In this document: piece after piece, positions 13,015-27,926 of the stretch
How positions within the stretch are numbered: the first letter of the stretch is position 1
How the letters are laid out: each line of letters begins with the position of its first letter
NCBI GenBank assembly: GCA_012295275.1
Contig: CM022667.1
Location: 11,532,001 to 11,596,000, forward strand
DNA from: Chrysomallon squamiferum
Taxonomy: Eukaryota; Animalia; Mollusca
Length of the DNA: 64,000 nucleotides
Reading direction: 5' to 3'
Program-made: the position numbers and the translations under genes
The notes under the pieces: model-generated
The model's database searches: none
Seen by the model: the letters and a program-made list of their open reading frames with translations, nothing else
Told to the model about the DNA's origin: nothing

Positions 13015-15403
13015 CATTATTATTATTATTATTATTTAATTTTACGAAGAACTCGAAGATTTGTGATCATCTTCTGCAACTATTATTTTACTACTACTGT
13101 TACTGTTACTAGTACTACTGCTGCGACTACTACTACCACTACTACAGCATTTACAATTATCATCATTACCATCATCGTTACTATCATCATTACTATTATG
13201 TTTTCCCATATCTTTTCCAGGTTTGAAACATGTCTTTCATTTTGTTCAAGGGTAATTTCATAAATGTTTTTATAATTCTTCTTATACTTCTTCCCTTATC
13301 TTCCTCTGCGACAACAAGCACTACTACAACTACTCTCATAACAACTGCCGCTCCTACTACCACAACAACAACAATAACAACTATTGTTACTGCTACGATT
13401 ACTATTACTACTACCATTACTACTGCTGCTATTAATCACTACTACTGCTAATACCACCACACCCACTAGAGGTATCACTATTACTGCTGCTACTACTACA
13501 ACTGCTACTACTATTTGTGCAGCTGCTACTACTGCTGCAACTACTACTATCTTAAATCTATAGCAAATACCACTAATACTAATACATCGTCTACTACTAT
13601 GACTATTTCTACTACTGCTACTACTTCTATTATTACGACTATTACTATTACTGTTGTTACTGGTACTTCTGTTACTGCTGCTGCTGCTGCTACTACTACG
13701 GTCACTACAACAACAACAGCAACAACAAGAACAACAACTAAACACGCTACTATAACTACTGTTAATACTTAAACTGCTAATATAATATAACTACTACTAC
13801 TACAGCTAAAGTGACAATTACTACAACTACAACCAGGGAGGTTGCGTAAAAGTTTACCAATTTAAAAAATATTAATTTTAAAATTGATTTTAGTTCAGTA
13901 AACTTACAATATATATATTTCTAAGTAAAATATCTTTTATTACGTACGACTGTATAAAAATATTATTAACTAAAATTCCACTTGTATACCTGAGTAGCTA
14001 AAACTGTTGTTGCTAGTACTACTGCTGCTTCTAGTGATATTACTACTATTAATATACTACTACTATTATATATACTATTAGTACTATTAATACTACTGCT
14101 ACTTCTTTTACTATCATTACTATTAATACTATCGCTGTGAATAGTACAATAGCTAATTATATATTCTAATATATATATTTATTTTTTTCAGGCTTCTGTA
14201 TCGGCAAAGAATCTTTACGTATTTATCTAAATGTCATTACATGTCTGATATTGTTCTTGTTGTTATTGTTATGCTTTTGCATGTCGTTTATTTTCAGACA
14301 CCTCTTTATGAATATTTTAGTCCCTTTTAGAAGAACTACTACTACAACTACTATTGACACAACTATTACTGTAACTACTATTTGTGCTAATACTGTTGCT
14401 GCTACTGCTACTACTAGTACTTCTATTATTATTACTTCTACTATCAACTCAATTTTTATTACTTCTACTAATACTTCTATTAATACTACTACTACTACTT
14501 CGATTACTACTACTTCTACTACTACTGCAGCTAGTATCACTATTTCTGTAGGTACTACCACTACCACTACTACTTCTATTACTTCTACGTCTTGTACTAC
14601 TACTACTACTACTTCAGTTGTATTTTTACTATTTTGGTTAGTACTACTACTACTACTACTACCACTAAAGCTACAGCTATTATCACTGCTGCTGCTAATA
14701 CATCTGCTACCGCTGCTTCTACTACAGCTAGCACAACTAGCACTGCCACTATTATTACTACTACTATAACAACTACTACTGCAGCTACTGTGGTGTTTGT
14801 GGTGTTATTGTTGTGATTGTCGTTATTATTATTATTATTATTATTACTATTATTGTTGTTGTTGTTGTTGTTGTGGTGGTGGTGGTGGTTTTGTTGTTGT
14901 TATTTTGTTATTATTATTACTATATTATTACAAAAGCGGATTTTTTGGTAGACAGCTTATTACGATATTTTCTAAAGACAGCATCGTCCATTTTGATAAA
15001 TGCTGGGAGTTTTGTTATTGTCGAAAACACAAAGTCGGACTTTCAACATCATTTCAGTCATTCAACATCATTCCATGCATATTATTGTTTTGTAAAAACC
15101 GCGTCTTAGTAGCTTTACTTGTGTTTTTTCAACCGGAATATTTTGTAAAAAAAAGTCATTAAACCTTATGCTTATTATGAGTTTTATGATGTGCAAAATA
15201 TGTTTTATTTACATCCATGACTCGAAATATTCGAAGTTGTATTGTTGGATAAAGTCATAATGCTTGCTACGACGGCAACACCAGTGGGTGCTGTTGTGGA
15301 GGATGTAAATAAAGATAGTAAATATGTTTAAAGACAACAACAACAACAATTGTATGTAATTAATGTCGACTCTATACATGTCCCTACAATACAGGTAGCA
15401 CTG

Positions 15404-15435
<32 letters not shown>

Positions 15436-15625
15436 GGGGTGTGTGTGTGTGTGTGGGTGTGGGTGTATATATACATATTTCTATCAATCTGGTTTCCAGT
15501 CTTTGTCGCAAATGAAGGAAACTGAACTGTGGATCAAAAAACTGATTGGTATGTCACATTGTCCCTTTCTGACTTTCAAGCAAGTAAAAACACTGTACTA
15601 CAGACTGACAGGAATAAAACTATAA
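12779..15625 (+). CDS. S2: small Cys-motif protein of unknown family (100 aa), micro-exon gene
   Basis: join(12779-12897,13221-13251,14192-14218,15500-15625): MLPALVFICLVIKFHYFRPKDLTNKGCFDLYCDPQWWFPQFETCLSFCSRASVSAKNLYSLSQMKETELWIKKLIGMSHCPFLTFKQVKTLYYRLTGIKL*. Same phases and exon sizes as S1, S3 and S4. Confidence 0.85.
14935..15370 (-). mobile_element. Interspersed repeat (unclassified TE fragment) in the last intron of S2
   Basis: Reverse complement of the sequences at ~38797-39057 and ~46880-47405 (e.g. gtgttgccgtcgtagcaagcat, aaaatattccggttgaaaaa). Confidence 0.75.
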
Positions 15626-15651
15626 ACTCTTCTCTTGTTATTGTTGTTATA

Positions 15652-15705
<54 letters not shown>

Positions 15706-15723
15706 TTTAAATTATTATTATTA

Positions 15724-15777
<54 letters not shown>

Positions 15778-16300
15778 TTTTTATTTTATTTATTTATTTA
15801 TTTTATTTTATTTTATTTTTTATTTTTTAATTTTTTATTTATATTTTATTTTTTTTATATATATTTTTTTTCTTTCCCGCGTCACATATACCTAATACAC
15901 AAAACGCAAGCACAGAAAAATATACATACTGACAGACATACATACATACACACATAATTTACATACATGCATCTACGCATCCATACACACACACATACAG
16001 ACTGACCCAAGTATACAATACACATATACTACATATATGCACACATCCATATAAAAAGACAAAAGCATATTTGCAGTGACACGAAAACAGACAGACATAC
16101 ATACGTGGCATACAATCCGCTATGTTGAGGGAAAAGAGTTTCCATCAGAAAATAAACAAGGATATATATATATATATATATGTACGTGCATGCGTGCGTT
16201 CGTGTTTGGCTGTGTATGTCTAAGCTTCCGTGGGTTTTTGTTGGAAATGGAGCAAACTAGTTGTTAATGATCTGATATATGAAAAAAAAGAGTTAATTTA

Positions 16301-16340
<40 letters not shown>

Positions 16341-16959
16341 TCTGTGTGTGTGTGTTTACAGATGTTTCTTTCATTCAGGTAGCAATAGTTCTAGTAGAAT
16401 TACTAGTGAAAGCAGCAGCAGTAGCTGTAATGTATGTTTAAATTAATTTAGACGTAGGAAAACACCAATTATGAATCATATGGGATCTGAAAACAAAATC
16501 AAAATCTAAAATTTTTGAATAAAAGCAGAAGTAATAACGTTTTTGTGAATATCTTCATGCATATAAGAATATACGTTATAGATGCCTCTTTTAATAGACT
16601 TTGATCCTTATAATTCATATTTTGATGTATAAATCGAACAAAAAAAATAACTTGGAATTCTGAAGAATACATTCTTCGTATAATCATAAGATAGACAGAC
16701 CTTCAGTAAAACATTTATTTAGCTGTTTGTTTGTTTGTTTGACTTGATTTGATTTGATTTGATTTACTTTTAAATTTATTTTCTTTATCGGTGATGTATA
16801 TTCTCTACCTGTTATCAGTCTTGTTGCGACGGTACGAACATTTATTTACATCTCCAAGTTATTGTTTAATTTCATTTGGGTGATAATCGTTAATAATCAT
16901 TAATACCAAACTATGATAATAAAATAAATAATACTGTTACAGAATATTAGAACGCCATG

Positions 16960-17200
16960 ATTTTATTAGAGTTGTGACGTAAACGCTTATAAGGGTCACG
17001 AGTTATTCTTTCCCTTAACGTTAGCAGAAGCCATAGAGGGATCCGTTCTGTACGCAATGACGTCACGACTACAGAAAAATGGCGGCGCACAGATTTTTTT
17101 TTTTTTTTTTTTGTTTTTTGTTTTACTATACCAGGATTCGACAAAACTTGGCCTGCGAGGGATTTCACTCCGACCCGCCAACTGAACACTTGGACACCAA
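16960..17200. promoter_or_regulatory. CpG-rich patch with CRE and YY1-type motifs
   Basis: TGACGTCA 17058-17065 and AAAATGGCGGC 17076-17086, ~2 kb upstream of S3. Confidence 0.35.
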
Positions 17201-18683
17201 TTATTACATTAACTTCGTTGTTTTTTTTTCTCTTTAAATCTCCGGACCAAAGCAGCCTTGCTGTCAAGCATCCCTTTTTGGTGCTCAATATAGAAGATAG
17301 AATTGAGAGATATCGATGTATGTGTGTATATATATAAAATACATTTAATATCTTGGCTCTCCTCTAAAACACTGCATAGCGGTCTGGCCAACTCTCTCCA
17401 AAAGGTTGCCGACCACTGTACTATATACCATTTTGTTCTCATACTTGGTTATTATTTAAAATTCGATAGCATATAATCATCATAAGATACATTTCACATA
17501 AGCATAAATGATTAAATTAAATTTAAAAAATAAAAAATAAAAAGGTTAATAATAAAAAAGAAGGAAGAAAAAAAATGCTGACACAAATTAAACATTTGCA
17601 AATGACATTTATATTCGCTAAATGAAATGACGCATCTCTCTGAATAATATTTACACATTCATTTGAGTAACTGAAATTTGTTAATAAGATCAAACCGGTC
17701 ATTTATTTGAGAAAAGCGCTGAAAGACCGTAACAAGAGTTGCATCAACTTTCTTGTTCGTTTAGACTCTTCCTGTACACAAGCTTGGCCTTAATAATTCA
17801 TATTTTAGAAATAATTCAACACTGAAAAAGACTTTCGGAATAAAAATCGTCTCATTTGTAAATGAAAGGTTATGTAAAAAAATATAAAATAAAAATTTCA
17901 AAATGTTTATTGATCGGACATTTTTTTTTTACCAATTTATAGGATTAATATATTTTTATATGATTTAGTAGGAATTGTTTTTGCTCGTCCGTTCCTACTT
18001 AGCAGTACAAGTAGTAGAAGTGGAAGTAGTAGTGACAGTAGCATTAGCAGCACTAGTAGTAGTGTAGAATAAATTGTAGTAGTAATAGTAACAGAAGTAA
18101 TAGTAGACATAGCAGCAGTAGTAGTGTAGAATAAGTGATAGTAGCATTACTAGAAGCAGAAGTAATAGCAGAAGTAGTAGTAGTGTAAAGCGGTAGAAGT
18201 AGTAGTAGTAGCAGAAGCAGTAGTAGAAGTAGTGACATTAGGAGTAGTAGAATAGTAATACAGGCTTTTGTAGCAGTAGTAGTTGTTGTTGTTTAACAGC
18301 ATCAGTAATACTAGCTACAGTGTTTCAAATGGCAGTAATGATAGTTTTTGTACTAGTACTAATATTTTTCAATTAGCAACCGATGCAAAAAAGTACGAAA
18401 TAATAATAAAAAAATTAAATTAAAACATCGCTATCACAAATTAATCATTTGCAGACGACAATTAAACTTTCTAAAATAAATAACACACACGTCTGAATAA
18501 ATAAGGTTTATCAGTCATATGTGGATTCCAAACATATCGTTTATCCAGGGACACTAGTTGTTTTTAATTTATTTTTCGTTTAGTCTGAAAATAGTATTGT
18601 ATTTAAAAGAAGAAAACAGGTAAATATAAGTTTATAATTGTTTTATTTTTATTTTTGATAATCACACGAGCACAAAATCAGAC

Positions 18684-18772
<89 letters not shown>

Positions 18773-19194
18773 AAATCCAAAATATTTATTGATGCATATT
18801 TTTCCCTATACATATGAATACACAAAAAAACAAAACAAATATATATCTATATGTACTTGAACACATATACAGAGACAGAGATACAAACATATGCACTCAT
18901 ATAAATAAAAGCCTCCAATTAAACAAACGTACTTTGTTCTTTTATCTATATCCTGTGAATATATCTGGATCAACTAATTCTAATAGAGACACACGATTAT
19001 TTGATCAAATATCATGGTATCTTATCCTGTTGTCTCATGAGGTTTAATAAAACAAAAAAATATATATATATATTTCACTGTTACTAACACTCAAAAGCAG
19101 ACACCTGAGTGCAGTTAGCAATGTTGTATTTTGAAAATGATATTTATTACTGTGTTCTTTCTTTCTTTTTCTTCCTTCTCTCGTTCCAGAGAAT

Positions 19195-19373
19195 ATGATC
19201 AATCACATCAAGTTTGTTATGCTAGTCGCAGAACTTCTTTATTATTATCGAAACGGTCCAACTGAACAAAACTGTAACATATATTATTGTCGTCACAGAT
19301 GGATTCAGTGAGTGTCATTTTTCATAATCCTAATCATCATTATTGTATTGCTATTATCGTCTGCTTCTACTAC

Positions 19374-19405
<32 letters not shown>

Positions 19406-19795
19406 TTTTTTCTTCTTCTTCTTTTACTACTACTACTTCTTCTTCTTCTTCTTCTTATACTACTACTACTTCTTCTTCTTCTTCTACTACTACTTCTTCT
19501 TCTTCTTCTTCTACTACTACTTCTTCTTCTTCTTCTTCTTCTACTACTTCTTCTTCTTCTTCTTCTTCTACTACTTTACTTCTTCTTCTTTTTCTACTAC
19601 TACTTCTTCTTCTTCTTCTTTTACTACTACTACTTCTTCTTCTTCTTCTTCTACTACTTCTTCTTCTTCTTCTTCTACTTCTTCTTCTTCTTCTTCTACT
19701 ACTACTTTTACTTCATCTTCTTCTTACTAGTTCTCCTACTACTTCTTTTTCTTTTTTACTACTACTACTTTTTCTTCTTCTTCTTCTTCTACTCC

Positions 19796-19827
<32 letters not shown>

Positions 19828-19851
19828 CTTCATCTTCTTCTACTACTAGTT

Positions 19852-19883
<32 letters not shown>

Positions 19884-20748
19884 TTTATTTATTTCTTCTT
19901 CCTCTTCCTCCTCCTCTTTTTCTTCTTCTTCTTCTTCTTCTTCTTCTTGTCGTTGTTGTTGTTGTTGTCATTGCTATTGCTTATATTTATTGCAGCGATG
20001 AAGGATGTGATGAATTTTGTAAACGGGTATTTAATAACAAACTTTTAATTCGTCTTCGCAACAAATTTGCTCTCTGAGTACAACCACTGAAACAGCCTCT
20101 GCTTCTACAACTACTACTCCTATTACAAAAGATACCACACCTTCTGACACTGCTATTCCAAACACCACCACCACTAATAAAACAAAAAATACTATCTCAA
20201 AATTTACAAACACTATAATAATTAATATAACAAACACTACAGTCACCAATAAAACAAACGCTACAATAATTAATATAAAAAAACTACAATCACAATATTT
20301 TATATAAAACAAACACTACTGTCACTAATATAACAAACACTACTGTCACCAATATAACAAACACTACAGTCACCAATATAACAAACACTACTGTCACCAA
20401 TATAACAAACACTACAGTCACCAATATAACAAACACTACAATCACCAATATAACAAACACTACAGTCACCAGTATAACAAACACTACAATCACCAATATA
20501 ACAAACACTACTGTCACCAATATAACAAACACTACAATCACCAATATAACAAACACTACAATCACCAATATAACAAACACTACAGTCACCAGTATAACAA
20601 ACACTACAATCACCAATATAACAAACACTACAATCACCAATATAACAAACACTACAGTCACCAGTATAATAAACACTACAATCACCAATATAACAAACAC
20701 TACTGTCACCAATATAACAAACACTCCTATCACCAATATTTTATTTTA

Positions 20749-20795
<47 letters not shown>

Positions 20796-21877
20796 AGGCT
20801 GTTCCTGCGTCAATGAAACTTTTGGTACAATGAAACTCGTCTGGTTTTGTTTTTGTTGTTACTATTTGACTCTTACAAACCGACCATTTCCTTTACAACA
20901 TCTCTCTATGTCTGTTTTAATTCTACTGCTACTGCTACTACTAGTACTACTGCTACTGCTGCTACTACTACTACTGCTGCTACTAGTACTACTGCTACTA
21001 CTACTACTGCTGCTACTACTGCTACTACTACTACTGCTGCTACTAGTTCTACTACTACTGCTACTACTTCTACTACTGCTACTACTACTGCTACTGAATC
21101 TACTACTACTGCTACTACTGCTACTACTACTACTGCTACTGCTGCTACTACTACTGCTACTGAATCTACTACTACTGCTACTACTGCTACTGCTACTGCT
21201 ACTACTACCAGTACAGCTAATACTGTTACTACTACTAATACTACTACATTAGTTCAACTACTGCTACTACAACTATTGCTGTTGCTAATACATCTACAAC
21301 TGCTTCAGATGCTCCTTCTGCTAATTGTGTTACTGCTGTGTTATTAATACCTACTACTAGTACTGCTACTAGTAGTACTGTTATTAATACAAATTCACTT
21401 TATCTAGAAACTGATTTTAAAAGTATCGTGTGAACGTGTTTGGTTTATTTTGGTTAAAGTCATATGTCCAGGACCGCAGCTAAAACTTCCGTTTCAAACT
21501 TCAGCAACAACTAGCATGACAAACACAAACCAACAGGTGTGAATAGAAAAACATACCAGTCGGTTTCACTTATTAGTAGTAGTAGCTGTTGTTGTTGTAC
21601 TAGTAGTATAGTTGTAGTAGTTATTGTAGTAGTAGTAGTGTAGTTTTGCTGTTGTCTTTATCTTTGTTGTCCTATTCTTCGTCGGTGTTATTATTATTAT
21701 TATCATTATCATCATCATCATCATCAATATTAACATTATTGTTTTTGTTATCATTATCATCATCATCATTAATATTATTATTCTTGTTGTTACTATTATT
21801 TTCATTATCAATATTATTTTTATCGTTGTTGTGATTATGGTTTTTGGTTTTGTTGTTATTATCATCATCATCATTAC

Positions 21878-21937
<60 letters not shown>

Positions 21938-22148
21938 GATTATTGTGACTTTGAATTTTTTCATCTATGATTATATTATATTATAATTATATTGTCTATT
22001 ATTATTGTAGTTAAACTTAGTTCGTACTTCTGGTTTTCAGACTTTGACAAAAGTGTTTTCTGAAAGTCACAGAAGGATTTTTGATGAACGTCTGACGTCT
22101 ATGACCATCATTGAAGCCGAGAGACTTTACTCCATAATCACAGCGTAG
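19195..22148 (+). CDS. S3: small Cys-motif protein of unknown family (92 aa), micro-exon gene
   Basis: join(19195-19307,19996-20026,20798-20824,22041-22148): MINHIKFVMLVAELLYYYRNGPTEQNCNIYYCRHRWIHDEGCDEFCKRAVPASMKLLTLTKVFSESHRRIFDERLTSMTIIEAERLYSIITA*. The acceptor of the 27-nt exon is polyT-GAG. Confidence 0.85.
20305..20738. repeat. 24-bp minisatellite (aatataacaaacactac[t/a][g/a]tcacc), about 18 copies, in an S3 intron
   Basis: Directly visible; produces the 8-aa periodic ORF 20290-20736. Confidence 0.95.
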
Positions 22149-23894
22149 ATTTTTCTTTTTTCAGTAAACTCTTCTACAGTATTGGCACATTGTTTATTTC
22201 GCTTCGTCTTTGTTTTCTTCTTTTTCCCCATTTTATTTGTTTATTTGTTTGTTTATTTATTTGTTTGTTTGTTTGTTTGTTTGTTGTTTTTTATTATTTT
22301 TATTTATTTATTTATTTTATGTCTTGAATTTTACACATACATACATAATACATACACACGTACTTTAATAAATACATACATACATGCATACACATGCGTG
22401 CATACACCCAAACATTCATGAAATATGCATATATATACATACACACATACATACACACACACACACTTAAACATACATTTCACGCATACATACAAACAGA
22501 TTATAATAACACAAAAACAACTCTTTAATACAGCTGAGAACATTTAGATACACATACACACGACACACGTGTTTTCTGCAGCAATATAGTATATCGAAAT
22601 AAGAACCATATGTAACAAGAAAAAAAAATAATTAAAGCTTAAACAAAAAAATGGATATCTGTGTTCATAAAATGTATGTACATTTCCACTGCTTTTTTAT
22701 TATTATTTTGTTTTTAATTATTTACCATCATTTATTCTGATAGAAGAAAATAATTCATATTTAAATTTTTTTTTTTAAAAAATGAACGAAAAAATAAGGT
22801 AAATATATCTGTTTCACTTAAAATATATGCTTTTTTTTTTTTTTTTTATTTTTCTATTTCACTAGAAAATATACAGTATAATTTTAAGCAAATTAATTTT
22901 AAGTCTTTTTTTTTTTAATTAAATTTATAAATCAATTTATTCATTTTGTTATTCCAGTTTTCCCAAACATTTAAGCCATATAAATACACAGATATGTAAT
23001 TTTTTATGAGCAAATAAAAAATGAACGAAAAAAAAAAAAATAAAGTAAATAAAAATTGCACATATGTTTGATTTTCATACGGAAATAGATATGATATCTA
23101 TATATACATGTAATATTTTTATATTTTATTAAATTATCTTTTGTCCAAATATTTCTTTTTTCTTCAAATTTAATTGTTCCGTTATTCACCGTACAGATAT
23201 ATTTATCTATGTAACAGTGCATATTCAAAGTATTTTGGAATCCCGTTAAAGTTAGTTGCGGATGTTAGCGTTTTCATTTATATATATATGCACTGGCTGG
23301 CAATTAAAAATATTAAATCGATTTTATTGGCTTTACAAAATAATTGTTTGTACATTTATTTTGTTCTCAAAAATATCCACCAGGCAGCGGTGTTCCAGAA
23401 TGTCTGAACTTGTTTACGTATCAACGAAGGTCAATTTAATCTTTACAGAACAATAAGAAGTATGCTGAGCTAGAGACACCCTTCTCTGAATCGTAATTCT
23501 GAACTATTAAAGAACAAATTTAGGAAGCTAACGCTATTAGATAGTGTGCTTGTCGTAGACTTGCTTCACAAAAGCTTGCTCTGATTAGCACGATCATTGT
23601 TTTTCAAAGTTCAAAATAATGCTAATTGTTTAAAATCGCTCGTATGTTTTGTTATTAACTTTTCCCAATGATTTGCAAGAAGAACGATTCTTTTGAAATA
23701 ACGATGCGTACGTACCTACGAACATAAAAATATATATATATATGTACACACACACACACAGAACACAGGTATTCGTATTTATTGGTTAAACGAGTGTGTA
23801 ACTATTACTCAGATAAAAGTATTTTAGATCTTTGAAAGTATAAATGTCGTTTGCAGATTTTTAATTTCATCTGTATAATTTATTTTACTATATT

Positions 23895-23936
<42 letters not shown>

Positions 23937-24440
23937 GTTGAAAAGTAACAGCAAGGAAACTAAATGTTCAATGTATGTCCTCGACTTAAAACATGTGAAC
24001 ATAAACAACGCAAGAAACGTAATTAAATTCCTTGTAACGTTGTCAGCTAGTTCCGATCAGACTAAACGTAACCCGTATTAAGAGTTTATGATCAACATAT
24101 ATAAATAATAAGTAATATAACAAAGCAAAATTTATTCTGTGCAGACAGTTTATATACTTTTTTTGTCATAATATCTCTTCAACTTATCATACATACACAT
24201 ATATATATATCCATTCATACTTACATACATATATGCACGCACACATATGCACACAACAACAACACTAATAATAACAATCATAATGATGATAATATTATTG
24301 TTATCATAGCAACCATGATGATCAATAAATAAATAAATAAATAATCTCTGGTCATTAAACTACGTAAATGATGCAAAAATAACTAGTTTATTTTTATTTA
24401 TTTATTTATTTATTTTTATTATTTATTGTTGTTGTTATTG

Positions 24441-24472
<32 letters not shown>

Positions 24473-25857
24473 GTTTTTGTATAAGTGAAACTTTTTCAGG
24501 TCATAGCGTCAGTTTGAAATCAAAATATTTTAGCTGGGAGTGAAAACATCAGTTATATTTTATGTTTTTTTTTTTTTTAAATGATGATATATTTATGCAA
24601 ACACACACACACACACACACACACAGACACAGAAAGAGATAAGCACGTATGCGTGTAAAAACAAAATCCATCTTGAATTAATAAACATTTGCAAATGACA
24701 TTTATGTTCTTCTCATCACGTAACGTGTTTTTGCTGTGAATAATATTTACCTGTTCGTTTGAATAATTTAAATATCATTGGACTTAACCAAAACAAACCT
24801 CTGTTTGAAAAAAGAGAGAGGAACAGTGACTGGTTTTACGTGATTTACGCAAATTGCTGGTTTAGTATCTGCTCTTGCTCTCACAGTACTGGTGGTAGTG
24901 GAAAAAGAAAATATGGAGTAAGTGTAATAATTTCATCATTAATGGAAAAAGCCAGTTTAATTATAACGATTTACGTTACTCTGTCACCGCGATAAAGCTC
25001 GGAATATTGATGTTGGTAAATTAAATAGAGAGATAGAGAGATTTATATATATACATACATACATACATACATACATATTAACATATATAATACATACATT
25101 CATATTAACATATATACATTGACGGACAGAGAGACAGAGGTATTTATATTGCTAAATTTGTATACGTTCATTCAAACAAAAAGAAAAAAAGAAAAAGAAA
25201 ACACCAATAATTTATATATCTACAGACACACATCAATAGAAAGACAGACCGACACACAGACAGATATATAGATAGGTAGATTTATATATGTACATAGATA
25301 AAAATCTTGTAATTTTTTCACGCATACTATAGCGAAAAGAACCTATATTCATTTCAACAGGAGTAACTCTCAAAATCTTATATTACAAAGGATTAAATTA
25401 TCACTACCGTAATTTCAGAACACGCAGTCACTTCGAAACTTTTAATAATTGTTAGTTTGTTGTTTGTTTCGTTGTTTGTTTGTGTTTATTAATCATCTCC
25501 TTTAATAATTCATCTCATTTATACAAACTTATGCTTTGTTATTGTCTTCTATATTCTGTATGCATTGTGTCCATCTCTGACGTCATGAAATCAGATTGTA
25601 ACAGAGAAACATCTATTTTGTTTCAAATATTATGGTATGTGTCATCCTGCTATTGTGAAAAGTTGGATAAAAATATCTCACTGTTGCAGAAAAAAAAAAA
25701 AAAAAAAAAAAAAAAAACAACAAAAAACAACAACAAGAAAAAAAAAAAATATATATCATAATAAATTAAAATAGACAATGATATATTCTGAAATATTTAA
25801 AAATAATATTTATTCTTTCTTTATTTGTTTCTCGCTGTGTTTAGACTCGAGCAAAAC

Positions 25858-26074
25858 ATGCATCGTTTTGTCTACTATGCCGGCTTATTCGCCTATAGTT
25901 TCTCTTACGGTCCAAATGAAAAGATCTGTGAAAGGGTCTATTGCAAAAAGCTAAGACTGTAAGTAGAATGTGTGAAATATATTGCTATTAAATATTTATT
26001 TATTTATTTATTTATTTATGTATTAGTGTGTTTGTTTGTTTAGTTAGTTATTGCAACTTTTGTTATTGTTCATT

Positions 26075-26105
<31 letters not shown>

Positions 26106-26172
26106 GTATTTTAATATTTTTATTTTATTATTGTTGTTATGTTTACTGTTATCACCATGATGACTAAGGATG

Positions 26173-26216
<44 letters not shown>

Positions 26217-26706
26217 CTTTATTTATCCTAGAGAGGGTGAAAGATGTCAGCACTTTTGTTCAAGGGTAATCTTCTCCATTACTTATGTCGCTGTTGCTAC
26301 TATTACTCCTACTACTGCTACTACTACTACTACAACAATCGATGCTATTTCCCTCACTACTACTACTGTTAATACTATTATTATTACTGATAGTATTACT
26401 ATTACCAATACTATTACCTACTGCTGTCATTTCTGCTACATCCAATACTAATACTGCTGCTACTACTAATACTACGTCAACTATTACTGTTAACAACGTT
26501 ACTACTACCACCACTACTACACCATTACTTTTATTGTTACTAGTACAAACATTGCTACTGCTGCCACACTTGTTTTACCGCTACTAGTACTAGTACTAAT
26601 GATAATACTATAACAATTTTCAATGATTAAAATCCTATTTTTCGTTTTTCAGCTTGTTCCTGCAACAAAAAGTCTGTTGGTATTTATCTAAAATCGTCTT
26701 TGGATC

Positions 26707-26740
<34 letters not shown>

Positions 26741-27290
26741 TAGTTTTTTTACTTTACTATTTGAGACACATTTCTATTATTATTTTAATATTTGTTATGA
26801 AAACTACCATTACTATTACCTCTACTACTACTACTACTACTGTCACTCCGACAACTACTACTGTCATCAGCACCACTATCATTACTATTACTAGGCCACC
26901 ACCACTACTATTGCAATTGTTGCTGCTATTGCTACTGCTACCACGACTACCACTATAACTGCTGTCATTATTATGACTTCTGCTACCAATACTATTACTA
27001 ATAATACTACTGACACCAGTTTCATAACTACTACAATTATATAGACAAAAAGACATGATGAGTGTACATAGCTGCGTATTTGAATTATTATTATTATTAT
27101 TATTACACTATTTTCACTCAAATATATACGTTATAGTTTGTAATCAGAATATGTACACTTGTATCCGGATTCCAAATTCCAGGAAATAGCGAGGAAAAAC
27201 GATGACCTATTTAACAGAGTATTTATAGACCGCTTCAAAAGCCTTACTGAACGCGAAGCAAGGGTCATTTATACATTTATTACTGCCTAA
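25858..27290 (+). CDS. S4: small Cys-motif protein of unknown family (89 aa), micro-exon gene
   Basis: join(25858-25958,26232-26265,26653-26679,27183-27290): MHRFVYYAGLFAYSFSYGPNEKICERVYCKKLRLEGERCQHFCSRLVPATKSLLEIARKNDDLFNRVFIDRFKSLTEREARVIYTFITA*. Upstream CRE at 25578-25585; first exon ends at 25634. Confidence 0.85.
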
Positions 27291-27605
27291 TTATTTTTAA
27301 AATAAAATGTTCAATAGTGATACAACTTTGTTATTATTATTATTATTTTTATTTATTTATTTATTTATTTATATATTATGGGAAGGTGGAGTATTATCAT
27401 GTTTTGTTTGTATATTCGCTCTTTCGTTTACAAGAACCGAGATTTAATTGTCCGATTGTTTAGAACCACAATTTTCTGTTGCAACAACAAAATGTGAATC
27501 AAGAATAAATAAATAAATAAATAAATAACAACAACAACAACAACAACAAACAAACAAGAAATAAACAAGGCACATATACTTTAGAAGAGTTTACTGAAAA
27601 TAATT

Positions 27606-27853
27606 CTAATTTGTGATTGATGTGTACAGACTTGTAGCTTCAGTGTCAGACATAGACATTAAACGTTCCTGGAAAATCCTTTTATATATTCTAGGAAACA
27701 GTTTCGTCAATTTCTGGAAACCAGATGTACGTAATAAGCTTGACTATGATAATTATCCATATTTAGATGGAGAAAATTTTAAAAATTAAAAATTTTAAAA
27801 CTAAAAAAAAAAAATTATAATAATAATAAAAGTAATAATGATGAAAATGATGA

Positions 27854-27926
<73 letters not shown>

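Noticed and set aside
13230-14816. Thr-rich mucin-like ORFs (also 20847-21347 and 26170-26958)
   Set aside because: Degenerate (ACT)n intronic repeats, open in several frames and on both strands, without consistent splice sites or conservation between S paralogs.
20040-20738. Plus-strand NITNTTVT repeat resembling a heavily N-glycosylated mucin exon
   Set aside because: The frame is broken by a stop near 20305, there is no clear acceptor/donor, and it sits between two well-supported S3 exons.
20798-20830. Alternative Cys-containing reading (CSC..) of the 27-nt exons
   Set aside because: Not conserved in S1/S2, and synonymous substitution patterns plus the upstream phase-0 donor support the VPA frame.
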